Below the pieces are notes generated by a model. That model was given only the letters and a program-made list of their open reading frames with translations, ran no database searches and was not told the origin of the DNA. Shown here in pieces: positions 20,267 through 31,200 of a stretch of DNA of 64,000 bases (positions are counted from its first letter, which is position 1; every line of letters begins with the position of its first letter). The position numbers were made by a program, and so were the translations under genes. This stretch comes from Armatimonadota bacterium (GTDB lineage Bacteria > Armatimonadota > HRBIN16), in NCBI GenBank assembly GCA_963677485.1, contig OY781964.1, forward strand, positions 4,736,001 to 4,800,000. The letters are read 5' to 3'.

Positions 20267-22093
20267 ATGAATAGCTATACGGTGAAATACATGCCGCAGA
20301 ACAAGTCTGTGGATGCAGATGACACCCATGATTTGTTTCAACTGGCACAGCAAAACGCCATACCCATAGACAACAGTTGTAATGGGAATGGTACTTGTGG
20401 GAAGTGCAAAGTCAAGGTTGAGGGTGCCTGCTGCGAACCTACCCCCCAGGAAGTGAAGCTGCTGAGCGATGAGCAACTCACTGAAGGGTGGCGCCTGGCT
20501 TGTTGCTGCATACCTGAAGGCGATATGACGGTTCACGTGCCGAGTATAGCCAAAATGGCTGTTTTATCAAACGGGATCGACACCGATGCGGATGTTGATG
20601 TGTGCATTCAAAAAGTGTGTGTGCAGTTGCCGCAACCTTCGCTTCAAGACCAGCGCGGTGACATCGAACGAGTGCTGCAATCCGTTGGGGGCTTGATGGT
20701 GCCTGGAGCCGGGAATCTGCATATGCTGCAAGGGTTACCATCAACCCTGCGAAGCCAACATTACAAAGTATCTGTCACTCGATGTGGTGACAAGCTGGTT
20801 TCCGTCGAGCCAGGCGATACCACACATTTGATATACGGCGTGGCATTTGACATCGGCACGACCACCATCGTGGGCTACCTATTCCACCTAGAATCAGGGG
20901 AACAATGCGGTGTGGCCTCCACACTCAATCCGCAGACCCAGTATGGTGGAGATGTGATCTCTCGCATTGAGTACGCGTCTCAAGAGGGTGGAGCAGCGAC
21001 GCTGCGTGATTGCGTCATCTCCGCACTCAACAGCCTGATTGCCGATATGTGTCAGCAGGCGAATATCAAGTGTAAGCATATCTATTCTGCAGAAATTGCC
21101 GGGAACACCACAATGCTGCACTTGGCTTTAGCTTTACCTGTCGCTGCTATCGCACAGGCACCCTATATACCAGTCAATACGCAACGGCTTGAATTCTACG
21201 CGCATGAAGTTGGCTTGTCTATCTGCCCGGAAAGCCTGGTGGTTTTTATGCCCAACATCGCCAGTTATGTCGGAGGAGACATTACGTCGGACATTTTGGC
21301 GACTTCGCTCGATAAAAAAACAACCACTACACTATTGTTAGATATCGGCACAAACGGTGAAATGGTGTTGATACATAACGGTAAGATGCAGGCCGCCGCC
21401 ACAGCAGCAGGCCCTTGTTTTGAAGGTGGTTCAATCTCACAGGGTATGCGCGCAGAAGATGGAGCCATCAGCTCACTGCAATTTGTAAACGGCAATATTA
21501 TGCTGGAGACCATAAACGGGCATCCTCCCAGAGGCTTATGCGGAACCGGGCTCGTGGATCTGATTAGCGAGATGCTTCGGACACAGCTTATCGATGATAC
21601 AGGTCGACTGCAATCAGCGGACGACTCGTACTGTGAAGATGAGGCTTTGTTATCACGAATCCGCGAAGGGCAGAACGGCAATGAGTTTGTCATAGTGGAC
21701 GAAGATATATCGGGCACTGGCGAGGATATCGTGTTAACGCAGCGCGATATCCGACAGGTTCAGAACGCAAAAGCAGCGGTCTACGCAGGCATTCAGATGC
21801 TATGCAAAAAGGCCGGCATCAAGACCGATCAGATTCATGAGATACTATTAGCTGGAGCATTTGGCAACTATATTCGCACTACATCCGCTATAGGGCTTGG
21901 TCTCATTCCGCAGATACCACTGGATCGGGTCATCAGCGTTGGCAACGCAGCTGGGATGGGTGCCTGCATAGCGCTTCTCTCGAGAGAACGACGGCTGCAC
22001 GCCTCTGACATCTCTGGCCATGTGCAGTATGTTGAGCTCTCTGGTGATGCTGAGTTTGCCAATATGTATGCCGACGCGATGTTCTTTGAATAG
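20267..22093 (+). CDS. Reductive activator of corrinoid proteins (RACo/AcsV type; 2Fe-2S + ASKHA, DUF4445)
   Basis: CNGNGTCGKC...RLACC ferredoxin; DIGTTT, NPQTQYGGDVISR, GNTTM, YVGGD, DIGTNGE, AAGPCFEG, GLCGTG, AGAFG, GNAAG. Confidence 0.92.
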   Translation: MNSYTVKYMPQNKSVDADDTHDLFQLAQQNAIPIDNSCNGNGTCGKCKVKVEGACCEPTPQEVKLLSDEQLTEGWRLACCCIPEGDMTVHVPSIAKMAVLSNGIDTDADVDVCIQKVCVQLPQPSLQDQRGDIERVLQSVGGLMVPGAGNLHMLQGLPSTLRSQHYKVSVTRCGDKLVSVEPGDTTHLIYGVAFDIGTTTIVGYLFHLESGEQCGVASTLNPQTQYGGDVISRIEYASQEGGAATLRDCVISALNSLIADMCQQANIKCKHIYSAEIAGNTTMLHLALALPVAAIAQAPYIPVNTQRLEFYAHEVGLSICPESLVVFMPNIASYVGGDITSDILATSLDKKTTTTLLLDIGTNGEMVLIHNGKMQAAATAAGPCFEGGSISQGMRAEDGAISSLQFVNGNIMLETINGHPPRGLCGTGLVDLISEMLRTQLIDDTGRLQSADDSYCEDEALLSRIREGQNGNEFVIVDEDISGTGEDIVLTQRDIRQVQNAKAAVYAGIQMLCKKAGIKTDQIHEILLAGAFGNYIRTTSAIGLGLIPQIPLDRVISVGNAAGMGACIALLSRERRLHASDISGHVQYVELSGDAEFANMYADAMFFE

Positions 22094-22103
22094 GAGAAAC
22101 AAT

Positions 22104-22643
22104 ATGGAACGTACAGCAACCGACTATAACCTGCATCTTGACCATCTGGTAAAAGTGACCAGCCGTGAGGGCAGTTTGCTGGTCACTCAACAGCCTGGTG
22201 GCAAACCTAATGTGATGACCATCGGATGGTTGACGGCTGGTTTTGTCTGGGGCCGGCCTATGATGTGTGTGATGGTACGTCCTTCTCGATACAGCTTTGG
22301 AATAATCAACAGCTCATGGGAATTCACTGTTAATGTGATGCCCTATACAATGCTTCGCCAGGTGGCTTATTGCGGCCGCGTATCTGGGCGTGACGATGAC
22401 AAATTCGCCAGTCAGGGTTTCACCGCAAAGCTGGGCAGTGCGATCCACACCTCATATATAGACGAATCAGTTATTCATTTCGAGTGTAAGGTACTGTATT
22501 CACATGATCTACCCGACAATGCTCTGGGTGGAGAGCTGGACAAGCGGTATTACCCGGATGGCGATTACCATCGTGTTTACTACGGCGAAATCGTGCAGTG
22601 CATGGCTGTCGAAAACGCCGCACAACTCATCGAAAAGGCGTAG
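22104..22643 (+). CDS. Flavin reductase-like (flavoredoxin) protein
   Basis: PNVMTIGW, VRPSRYS, FTVN, CGRVSGRDDDK, YHRVYYGEI; AGGAG RBS. Confidence 0.88.
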   Translation: MERTATDYNLHLDHLVKVTSREGSLLVTQQPGGKPNVMTIGWLTAGFVWGRPMMCVMVRPSRYSFGIINSSWEFTVNVMPYTMLRQVAYCGRVSGRDDDKFASQGFTAKLGSAIHTSYIDESVIHFECKVLYSHDLPDNALGGELDKRYYPDGDYHRVYYGEIVQCMAVENAAQLIEKA

Positions 22644-22679
22644 CATTCGCCCGAGATTCTACCAATCACCCTGATTCAT

Positions 22680-22710
22680 AGTGCGCTAAGTCAACCTTAG
22701 CGCACTTTTT
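22680..22710 (+). terminator. Rho-independent terminator
   Basis: AGTGCGCTAAG-tcaac-CTTAGCGCACT followed by T tract. Confidence 0.85.
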
Positions 22711-22850
22711 GTTGCTCGCTGCTGGTTCACCAGAAATATCATGTAATGCCCCCAATGTTACGTAATACCGACAGGGAATAGCTGTTGAGATGCGGAAGCT
22801 ATATCTGTCTTTAGGCGATGGCTTCCCAACGTGTGTAAAAGGGGCGACAA

Positions 22851-23564
22851 ATGGTGAATTCTTGTCTGAATCCGGGTTTTGAACTTCTCAATTCTGCAGG
22901 TAGCAACTTCCCACTGAACTGGACCACGGTTGCTGAACCTCCAAGTGAGGCATCGGTGACGATCGATAAGGGTACGCACACGGGAAGCATCGCCGTCCGC
23001 AAACTAGAGGTATTTGACTCATCAGATTCGCTTCACACCAATATCGCACCTTTAGCCCAGGCCCGTTCCTCCAGCTTGTGGGATGGGTTTGGTCCAGAGA
23101 AAGGTAATGATGGCGACAGATCAAGCCGGTTCTCTGCCAAGACCATCAAGAATGAGTGGTATGAGCTGGATTGGGGTACCGAACGCTCGTTTGACTCGAT
23201 CGCCCTTCACCAGTGGTCCACGCTCCTGCATCAGGATCCGATCCGGCTTGACGTGTGGAATTCCGTAAAGTGCGCCTACGAGGAGTATGCCATCATCGGT
23301 GGAGCCTCCCCTGTGCGCTGTGAAACGCTGATAGGTAGAGATGGTGAAGCATTGGTCGCCGTTTGGTACCCCGGGGCATCGCGCGACGACTACCCAGCTA
23401 AGCGGGTGACGGTCACGATCAATGTACCCAATGCTAAATCTGTGCAAGCCGTTGACCCACTGCACCTCGTGTGCCAAAACCTGACATTCCACAAAGAAGA
23501 CAGCGTTACGGTGATAGATGGACTGCTTGTTCAAGACTACCCAACCATCATTCGAGTCCGTTGA
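22851..23564 (+). pseudogene. Probable internally deleted remnant of a multidomain glycoside hydrolase (CBM-like fragment + F5/8C fragment + C-terminal beta domain)
   Basis: NPGFE...NW CBM-like start; NDGD..SRF...WYELDWG discoidin motif; C-terminus LVAVW...IDGLLVQDYPTII matches LVALW...LDGLQVHDYPIVL of the next gene; no signal peptide or catalytic domain. Confidence 0.55.
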
Positions 23565-23684
23565 TTGAATGCGCTGTGGAGGAATGACTGTGGTGATTGT
23601 CGAAGCAATCCATACTGAACTGCCGGAACCATGTTCAGGGATTAAGCTAATATGTGCGGGTACCAACCAATGAGGACGATAAAT

Positions 23685-26600
23685 ATGCTGTTCATGAAGC
23701 TCCTGCTCATCTGTCTATTTGTGGCAACCGGCCTCGTAGTAAAAGCGAATTCGGTCGACGGTGATTTCACCGATTGGACCGGGGTGGCTCCGATCAACAA
23801 TGGGTTCCTCAGCGCGAACCCGCAGAACACCGCGGGCGTGGTGAATCCGATATCTGCTGTGTACATGAAGTCAGATGACGTCTATCTCTACCTTTCGGTC
23901 CTCTGTACCGGACCGATCAAGCCGGGGGCGTGGAGCCCAACAATGGTAGCCATTGACGCGGACCTGGATTCCACCACGGGGTTCCCATGCAGGCAATTGG
24001 GTGTAGATTACTTCATCCAGCCATCGAACACGATGGATGGCAGTGTGATGATCCATCGGCGTCAAGCTGGAGCCAACAGTCCTGAATGGTCTCGCTGGCA
24101 TGCGCCGGTGATCATCGCTCAAGGATACCAAATATGCTCAGGGTATCCAGGCCGTCGAGCAGAGATGCGTATCCCGTGGAAGCAGATCGGTGTAGATCAA
24201 CCGGCACAGGCTTCATTACGATTTGTAGTTTGTGACAGTTCGGAGCTGTTGAACCCCTCACGTGGAAGCTGGTGTCCTGCAGTCAAGCAAGCCTATTTCA
24301 GTTTTGGTGATGATCCGAAAAGGATGGACAAGATGCCCAATTTAGTTCCTAATGGACAGTTCGAACAGCTACAAGAGGCCGCCGCCAGAGCTTTGCCACA
24401 AGACTGGCATGAGTCCGTCGAAGGCACTTCGGCGGTGGTCGATGTCTCAAGCGATGCGTGTGAAGGCAAACACGCACTGCATCTGAAAGCGACAGCCCCA
24501 GACCGCTGCAGCATCTTGAGTGATGTGATCGCAATCTCCCATGGTCTGCTTAAGTGTCGATATAAGCTACTGAGCAAGGCAGATGGTGATGGTAACCTGG
24601 GTATTCATGTGATAGGCTCAGGTGCAGAGGACGGTACCGAGCTAACCCGCAGCACAATGCAGCCTGATACTGTGCATACGGCTGACGGTCAGTGTCACGA
24701 GATGAGCATGGAGTTTGACTATAGCAGCAAGGGTGTCAAATACTGCCGAATCGAAGCGTTCGTCAGTGGTAAGCCAGGAACATCGGGCGCGAGTGAATGG
24801 CTCATCGATTCGGTGGAGATGTATGCAGTCACCACGGGTGTACAGCTCAGAATTGGGAACACCTGGGTAGAGAAGCCATACCTGAGGCAAGGTGATACCA
24901 CGAAGCTCTGTGTCTGGTTGGAGAACAACGGCGATAGCGATGCTCAAAATATTGAGGTGTCAGTCGCTGCCGGAGATGGTTTTGAAAGCATCACTCCCTC
25001 AAAGCAAAAGATCACCATACCCATTGGCGAGTACCGAAAGCTGACCTGGAGCCTGAAGGCCATCGCCGCAGGAGAACATCCGGTTTCGGTGACGACGAAC
25101 ATGGGGGATTCAAGCCTACTGAGCGCGTCCTACCGCATCCTTGTGCTGGAAAAAGGCCGCAGATACACCCGTCAGCAGCTTTGCACCGATGAACTGGGCT
25201 ACTGGCGGATATTGCCCAGACCTGCCCTGTTACAGTCTGGCAACACGCAGCCGGTAAAGGCGATCACACATAAAAGCTCTTCGCAGATCGGACGCAATAC
25301 CTATGGGATCTGCACCCAACTACCACGAGCCAAAGACTACGAGGATCCATACAATGCCGCTCACCTGATCGACGCTGATCCTGATAGCTGCTGGTCCAGT
25401 CAGAACAACCCAACGCCTTATCCGGGTAGAGCTCCGTGGGTGGTCATCGAGCTTCCTAAGATACAACCTATCAAACAAGTCAACCTGATTCCATATTGGA
25501 AAAACACGGACTTTCCACAGGGGTTCACGATATCAACAAGCACTGATGGTAAGAAGTGGTCTACAGTTGTCGTAGTGAATAACTATGCCATTCGCGAAGG
25601 TAAAGACCGTCGCGGTGACAAGATCGTTCAATCCTTCCCATTTACCGATGCTGTGCAAGCCAGATACGTGAAGGTCACATTCGACAGACTGCCGTTGTCT
25701 GGTGGCAACTACGCAGAGGTTTCTCAAGGATATAAGGCACGCCTGTCCGGAATTGAACTCATGAGCAGCACAGGGCAAAATCTGGCCGTCGTCAAAGCCG
25801 GAGCCAAGGTCACAGCTAGCGATGTGTTCACAGCCTGGCAGAACACTGCGAAAACGGTCAATGAATCCTTCGACGCGATCATGAAGATCGGCCTGAAATG
25901 GGTCAGGGTGGGGCAGTGGGGCGACCAGACCGAATGGGCGGCGGTGGAACGCGTCAAAGGGCAGTTCCAGATGGACCCTGTGACCGACAAGGCGATCAAT
26001 GAACTGGTCAAGAACCGCATCTCGATCCTGTATGGTCTGAACTACGGGAACGCCCTCTACAACGACACAGATAAGCCGTGGGCTGATGTGGGCCCCGTAT
26101 ACAAGGAGGGGCACCCGTTCTACCTGAACAACGGCCCGCGAACCGACGAACAACGGGCAGCGTTTGTGAGATACGTCGACTGGGTCATCCGCAAGTATGG
26201 GGACCGCATCACTTGGTGGGAGCTATGGAACGAACAAAACGGCTGGTTCCCAGGACATGAACCCACAATCTATGGTAAACTGTTGACCGCGGTGGCGAAA
26301 CACATCAAGGCCGTCAATCCCAATTTGAAGGTGATGTATGGCGGCACTGCGGCGCCTGCGCCTCGGGAAGTGGAGATATCGCTGCGCGAAGGAGCAGCTC
26401 CCTACGTCGATGCCTACGCGTTCCATCCCTACGGCATCGACAAGCCCGAAGGCGGTATGGGCACCCTCGACATGGATAGAGATGTCAATCTATCGCAAAC
26501 CCGCGAACAGACCGGCTGGAACCATCTGGAAGAGATCATTGCGGGGGTTAAGAAGCCATTCGCAGAACATGGGAACCCCAATATCGAGGTCTGGCAGAAT

Positions 26601-27149
26601 GAGTTCGGCACCAATGTCACAGGTAAGGAGTTTGCTTACAACCCGGGTATCGGCGAGTACGGTTGTGCTAAATACCTCACACGGTTCTATCTATATGGCG
26701 GCTGGTTGAAGGCACCCACGGCCTGGTGGGCACTCTATAATATGAATCACAGTCAGGACTGGGGCATCATTGAGCAAGACGGGTATGGGTTCCGGCCGAT
26801 GTCATATGCTTTGCAGAATGTCTGCAGCGTCGTCAGCGACGTAGAGCCTATATATAACCTTGACTTCAAATATAAAGGTAATTCCTCCGATCCCAAGGTG
26901 ATCGGCTACCAGTGTGATCACAGCAAACGCAAGTTGGTCGCGCTTTGGTCGGCAGATGCCACGAGTGATAAGCTCATCACCTACCCGAGTCAACTCTCTG
27001 TCAAACTTGATAAGACACCCTCCCGGGTGACCATCACCGATCTGTATTGGGGTATTTCGCAGCCTGCGAAGTGGTCATACCGCGACGGTCATGTCATCCT
27101 TGATGGCTTGCAGGTTCATGACTATCCAATAGTTCTTAGCATCGACTAG
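23685..27149 (+). CDS. Large secreted multidomain glycoside hydrolase (clan GH-A, GH39/GH5-like) with CBM-like, CARDB-like and F5/8 type C domains
   Basis: Signal peptide; DGDFTDW, NLVPNGQFE, discoidin LIDAD..SCWSS...WVVIEL; catalytic WELWNEQ (acid/base), FHPY, VWQNEFG (nucleophile). Start could be 23670. Confidence 0.8.
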   Translation: MLFMKLLLICLFVATGLVVKANSVDGDFTDWTGVAPINNGFLSANPQNTAGVVNPISAVYMKSDDVYLYLSVLCTGPIKPGAWSPTMVAIDADLDSTTGFPCRQLGVDYFIQPSNTMDGSVMIHRRQAGANSPEWSRWHAPVIIAQGYQICSGYPGRRAEMRIPWKQIGVDQPAQASLRFVVCDSSELLNPSRGSWCPAVKQAYFSFGDDPKRMDKMPNLVPNGQFEQLQEAAARALPQDWHESVEGTSAVVDVSSDACEGKHALHLKATAPDRCSILSDVIAISHGLLKCRYKLLSKADGDGNLGIHVIGSGAEDGTELTRSTMQPDTVHTADGQCHEMSMEFDYSSKGVKYCRIEAFVSGKPGTSGASEWLIDSVEMYAVTTGVQLRIGNTWVEKPYLRQGDTTKLCVWLENNGDSDAQNIEVSVAAGDGFESITPSKQKITIPIGEYRKLTWSLKAIAAGEHPVSVTTNMGDSSLLSASYRILVLEKGRRYTRQQLCTDELGYWRILPRPALLQSGNTQPVKAITHKSSSQIGRNTYGICTQLPRAKDYEDPYNAAHLIDADPDSCWSSQNNPTPYPGRAPWVVIELPKIQPIKQVNLIPYWKNTDFPQGFTISTSTDGKKWSTVVVVNNYAIREGKDRRGDKIVQSFPFTDAVQARYVKVTFDRLPLSGGNYAEVSQGYKARLSGIELMSSTGQNLAVVKAGAKVTASDVFTAWQNTAKTVNESFDAIMKIGLKWVRVGQWGDQTEWAAVERVKGQFQMDPVTDKAINELVKNRISILYGLNYGNALYNDTDKPWADVGPVYKEGHPFYLNNGPRTDEQRAAFVRYVDWVIRKYGDRITWWELWNEQNGWFPGHEPTIYGKLLTAVAKHIKAVNPNLKVMYGGTAAPAPREVEISLREGAAPYVDAYAFHPYGIDKPEGGMGTLDMDRDVNLSQTREQTGWNHLEEIIAGVKKPFAEHGNPNIEVWQNEFGTNVTGKEFAYNPGIGEYGCAKYLTRFYLYGGWLKAPTAWWALYNMNHSQDWGIIEQDGYGFRPMSYALQNVCSVVSDVEPIYNLDFKYKGNSSDPKVIGYQCDHSKRKLVALWSADATSDKLITYPSQLSVKLDKTPSRVTITDLYWGISQPAKWSYRDGHVILDGLQVHDYPIVLSID

Positions 27150-27158
27150 TGACGTCCA

Positions 27159-27190
27159 AAGGCGGGTGCGCAGTGTAGTGCATCCGCCTT
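27159..27190 (+). terminator. Hairpin after GH gene
   Basis: AAGGCGGGTGC...GCATCCGCCTT stem. Confidence 0.6.
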
Positions 27191-27274
27191 ACCTCACACT
27201 GCATCAGGTGCTATTACACGCTTCATTGATGGAGCTCCAGCATTCACCTCGTGATACCCATATGACTTCATACT

Positions 27275-27334
27275 AATACTGGTAAATATACTAACGTTTA
27301 GATATCAATAAAATGTTGAATACTGGTAAATATA
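27275..27334. promoter_or_regulatory. Exact 16-bp direct repeat in AT-rich upstream region, putative operator
   Basis: AATACTGGTAAATATA at 27275-27290 and 27319-27334 (44-bp period). Confidence 0.5.
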
Positions 27335-27549
27335 GCAGGTAACGTATATATTTATGAATTAATAGTTCTAATCCTAGTATATATAACATAAAGGATTGAC
27401 TCAACGCGATTAGATATGCCATGCTTTATATACGGTTAACTGAAGAACGTGTCTCACATAGCAGAAACGTCCCAAAACGCACCGTGAAATAGCCAGTTGC
27501 TGCATCTTGGCAATTGACCCTACTGATAATCGATTCAGGAGCATTGCGT

Positions 27550-28236
27550 ATGAAGACGAACGTGATTCTAGCAGGACTGGTGTCATTGATGACTTTGGTG
27601 ACCACCGCTGCATACAGTGCACCATCCTCACTCGGTGCTACGGGGATATAAAACGTTCCCACGGCGGAGACCGTGGAACCTGGCAGCGTCGAAATTCAAT
27701 TGGCTTACGACAGGCCTGTAGTGTCTGACACTAACGTTGTAATATTCCCGCTGTTGACCCTGGGGTATGGGTTCAGAAACGGCGAAGTTGGCATCAGTTA
27801 CTACAATCTTCAGGACTATACAGCCGTCAAGAGTGCCAACGCAAAATACATGTTAACCCACGAACATGATTCTATGCCAAGCATCGCTGCTGGAGTAATC
27901 TATCTGAGCGGTGATGTAGATGAGACCGATGTATACCTCACCGCCAGCCATGCACTCGGCCTTGGCGAGGAGTTTAAGGCAACCGCCGGTTTACTCTATC
28001 AAATTCCAGGGTATTCTGACGCAGGCACCCACCTCACAGGGATGCTGGGACTAGAATGGGGGACCCCAGGTAGAACAACCTTCGGTATTGACTATGTGCT
28101 GGATGACATAGCAGCAGGTGCTGTGTTTGGTGCCACCATGCGTCAGCCGATTTCACATAACATGGCGTGGCAATTTGGCATCGGCAACGGTGCGAGATGG
28201 TTCGTCGGACTCAACATAAAGCTTGGAGGTGAGTAG
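27550..28236 (+). pseudogene. Outer-membrane beta-barrel protein (YjbH-like) with in-frame TAA at codon 34
   Basis: MKTNVILAGLVSLMTLVTTAAYSAPSSLGATGI*NVPTAETVEPG...; TAA at 27649-27651, frame continues to amphipathic beta-strands ending WFVGLNIKLGGE. Confidence 0.7.
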
Positions 28237-28237
28237 C

Positions 28238-31200
28238 ATGAGCATTAATATTCGCATGCGCCCCACCAGTATTGGAATATCTGCCATTCTTATGGTGGCC
28301 TCACTGGCCGGATGGAGTTCGATCGTTCCTGGTGAACTGAGCGTTCCGCCAAAGGTGACCATCAATCAAGCCAGCGGTCAACCGGACCCAACGAACAAAC
28401 TGCCAATCCGATTTACAGTGGCCTTCACAAAAGATGTTAAGGACTTCACCTCAGGTGATGTCAACATCGGAGGTACAGCACCAGGGACCGGCACCAGCAT
28501 CGTGACAGGTTCTGGCCGGAACTACGATGTAGAGGTTCGTGGAATCACCGGCAGCGGAACCGTTACGGCGACAGTGAATGCTGGAGTTGCACATGACGCT
28601 GTGGGCAACGAGAACAAAGTGTCAACGTCAACCGATAATGTGGTGACATATGACATCACCCCACCTGCTGTCACTATAAATCAAGCAATCGGGCAGCCCG
28701 ATCCCACGAGAAATACACCGATCCTCTTCGATGTGGTGTTTAGTAAAACCGTCAATGACTTTGCTAGTGGAGATGTGTCGCTGAATGGCACTGCTCCTGG
28801 TGTTTTAACCACTACGGTCACAGGATCTGGTATGCACTACACCGTAGCCATCGCCGGCATGACCGGTAGTGGCACGGTGGTTGCCAGTATTGCGGCGGGT
28901 GTCGTTCATGACTACTTGGGTAATGAAGGAACAGCATCTACCTCGTACGACAACATAGTCACTTACGATGTGACACCACCCACGATCAGTATAGGTGCTC
29001 CTTCAGTGTCATTAACACGAAGCGGTCCTGTTACCTATACGATCAAATACGTAGGTGCGGATGCTGTGACACTGACAGCGGAGGATGTAAACCTCAATCC
29101 AACCGGGTCTGCGTATGGTATGGTCTCTGTAACCGGTACGGGTACCAACACGAGGATCGTCACAATTAGCGGAATTGCAGGCGACGGCACTCTGGGTATC
29201 TCGATCGCTTCGAATACAGCATCGGATATAGCAGGCAACAACGCTTCCGCCGCTGGACCAAGCGCGACCTTCGTGGTAGACAATACAGCACCGACCATTA
29301 GCATCGGAGCCCCTTCCGCCTTGCTAACTCGGAGCGGTCCTGTATCGTATGAGGTGGCCTATACTGGCGCAAACAGCGTCATGCTCAATACTGACGATAT
29401 CACGCTCAACCGCACAGGAACAGCAAATGGAACGATGGTTGTATCTGGAGTGGGTTCTGACATACGCGTTGTCACCATCTCCGGGATCACCGGCAACGGC
29501 ACTCTCGGTATCTCGATTGCTGCAAACACAGCATCTGATACCGCGGGTAACAACGCTCCCGCCGCTGGCCCCAGTGCCACCTTCGTGGTGGATAACACTG
29601 CTCCAACCATCAGCATCGGAGCTCCATCCGCGACGCTGACTACGAACGGGCCGGTTACTTATGCGATCACTTACAGTGGTGCAGATGCCGTGACGCTGGC
29701 AGCAGCCAATGTCACACTGGACCAAACCGGAACAGCGAATGGAAATGTCGCTGTCTCAGGAACGGGTAATACCACTCGCGTGGTGACCATCTCCGGTATC
29801 ACTGGCAACGGAACTCTGGGTATCTCGGTTGCTGCGAATACTGCATCCGATACCGCAGGCAACAATGCTCCCGCCGCTGGCCCCAGTGCCACCTTCGTGG
29901 TGGATAACACTTCCCCGACCATCAGCATCGGAGTTCCTTCCGCCACGCTGACCAAGAGTGGGTCTGTATCCTACACCGTATCCTACAGCGGTGCAGACAC
30001 CGTGACTCTGGCAGCAGCCAATGTCACTCTGAACAAAACAGGTACCGCGAATGGCAGCATCGCTGTCTCGGGAACAGGCAACACCACTCGCGTGGTGACC
30101 TTCTCAGGAATCACCGGCACCGGCACTCTCGGTATCTCGATTGCTGCGAACACAGCATCCGATACCGCGGGCAACAACGCTCCCGCCGCTGGCCCCAGTA
30201 CCACCTTCGTGGTGGATAACACTGCCCCGACCATCAGCATCGGAGCTCCTTCCGCCACACTGACCAAGAGTGGACCTGTATCCTACACCGTGTCCTACAG
30301 CGGTGCAGACACCGTGACTCTGGCAGCAGCCAATGTCACGCTGAACAAAACAGGTACCGCGAATGGCAGCATCGCCGTCTCAGGAACTGGTAATACCGCC
30401 CGAGTGGTGACCATCTCAGGCATCACTGGTAACGGAACCTTGGGTATCTCAGTTGCTGCGAACACAGCATCGGAAACCGCGGGCAACAACGCTCCCGCCG
30501 CTGGCCCCAGTGCCACCTTCGTGGTAAACAATACGTTCCCCACAATTAGTATTGGTGCTCCATCAGCATCATTAACTAAGGGTGGCCCTGTGAGTTATAC
30601 GGTTACTTACGGTAACGCAGATAGTGTGACGCTTGCAGTAGCCAGTATCACGCTGAACAAGACGGGCTCAGCCAACGGAGTTATGGCTGTGACCGGAAGT
30701 GGTACCACTACCAGGACTGTCACCATTACAAGTGTGACAGGCGATGGCACTCTGGGTATCTCAATTGCTGCAAACACAGCATCCGATACATCGGGTAACA
30801 ACGCTCCTGCCGCAGGACCCAGTGCCACCTTCGTGGTGGATAACACTGCCCCGACCATCAGCATCGGAGCTCCATCCGCGACGCTGACTACGAACGGGCC
30901 AGTTACTTACGCGATCACCTACAGTGGTGCAGATGCCGTGACGCTGGCAGCAGCCAATGTCACACTGAACCAAACCGGAACAGCCAACGGAACTGTAGCA
31001 GTCACTGGAAGTGGCTTATCCAGCCGGACTGTCACCATCTCAGGAATCACCGGCAACGGCACTCTGGGTATCTCGATTGCTGCGAATACAGCATCCGACA
31101 CCGCGGGCAATAACGCTCCCGCAGCTGGCCCCAGTGCCACCTTCGTGGTGGATAACACTGCCCCGACCATCAGCATCGGAGCTCCATCCGCGACGCTGAC

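Noticed and set aside
22773-22812. Imperfect hairpin GACAG..ATAGCT...AGCTAT..CTGTC upstream of the GH remnant
   Set aside because: Short and bulged with no recognisable RNA family motif; could be chance
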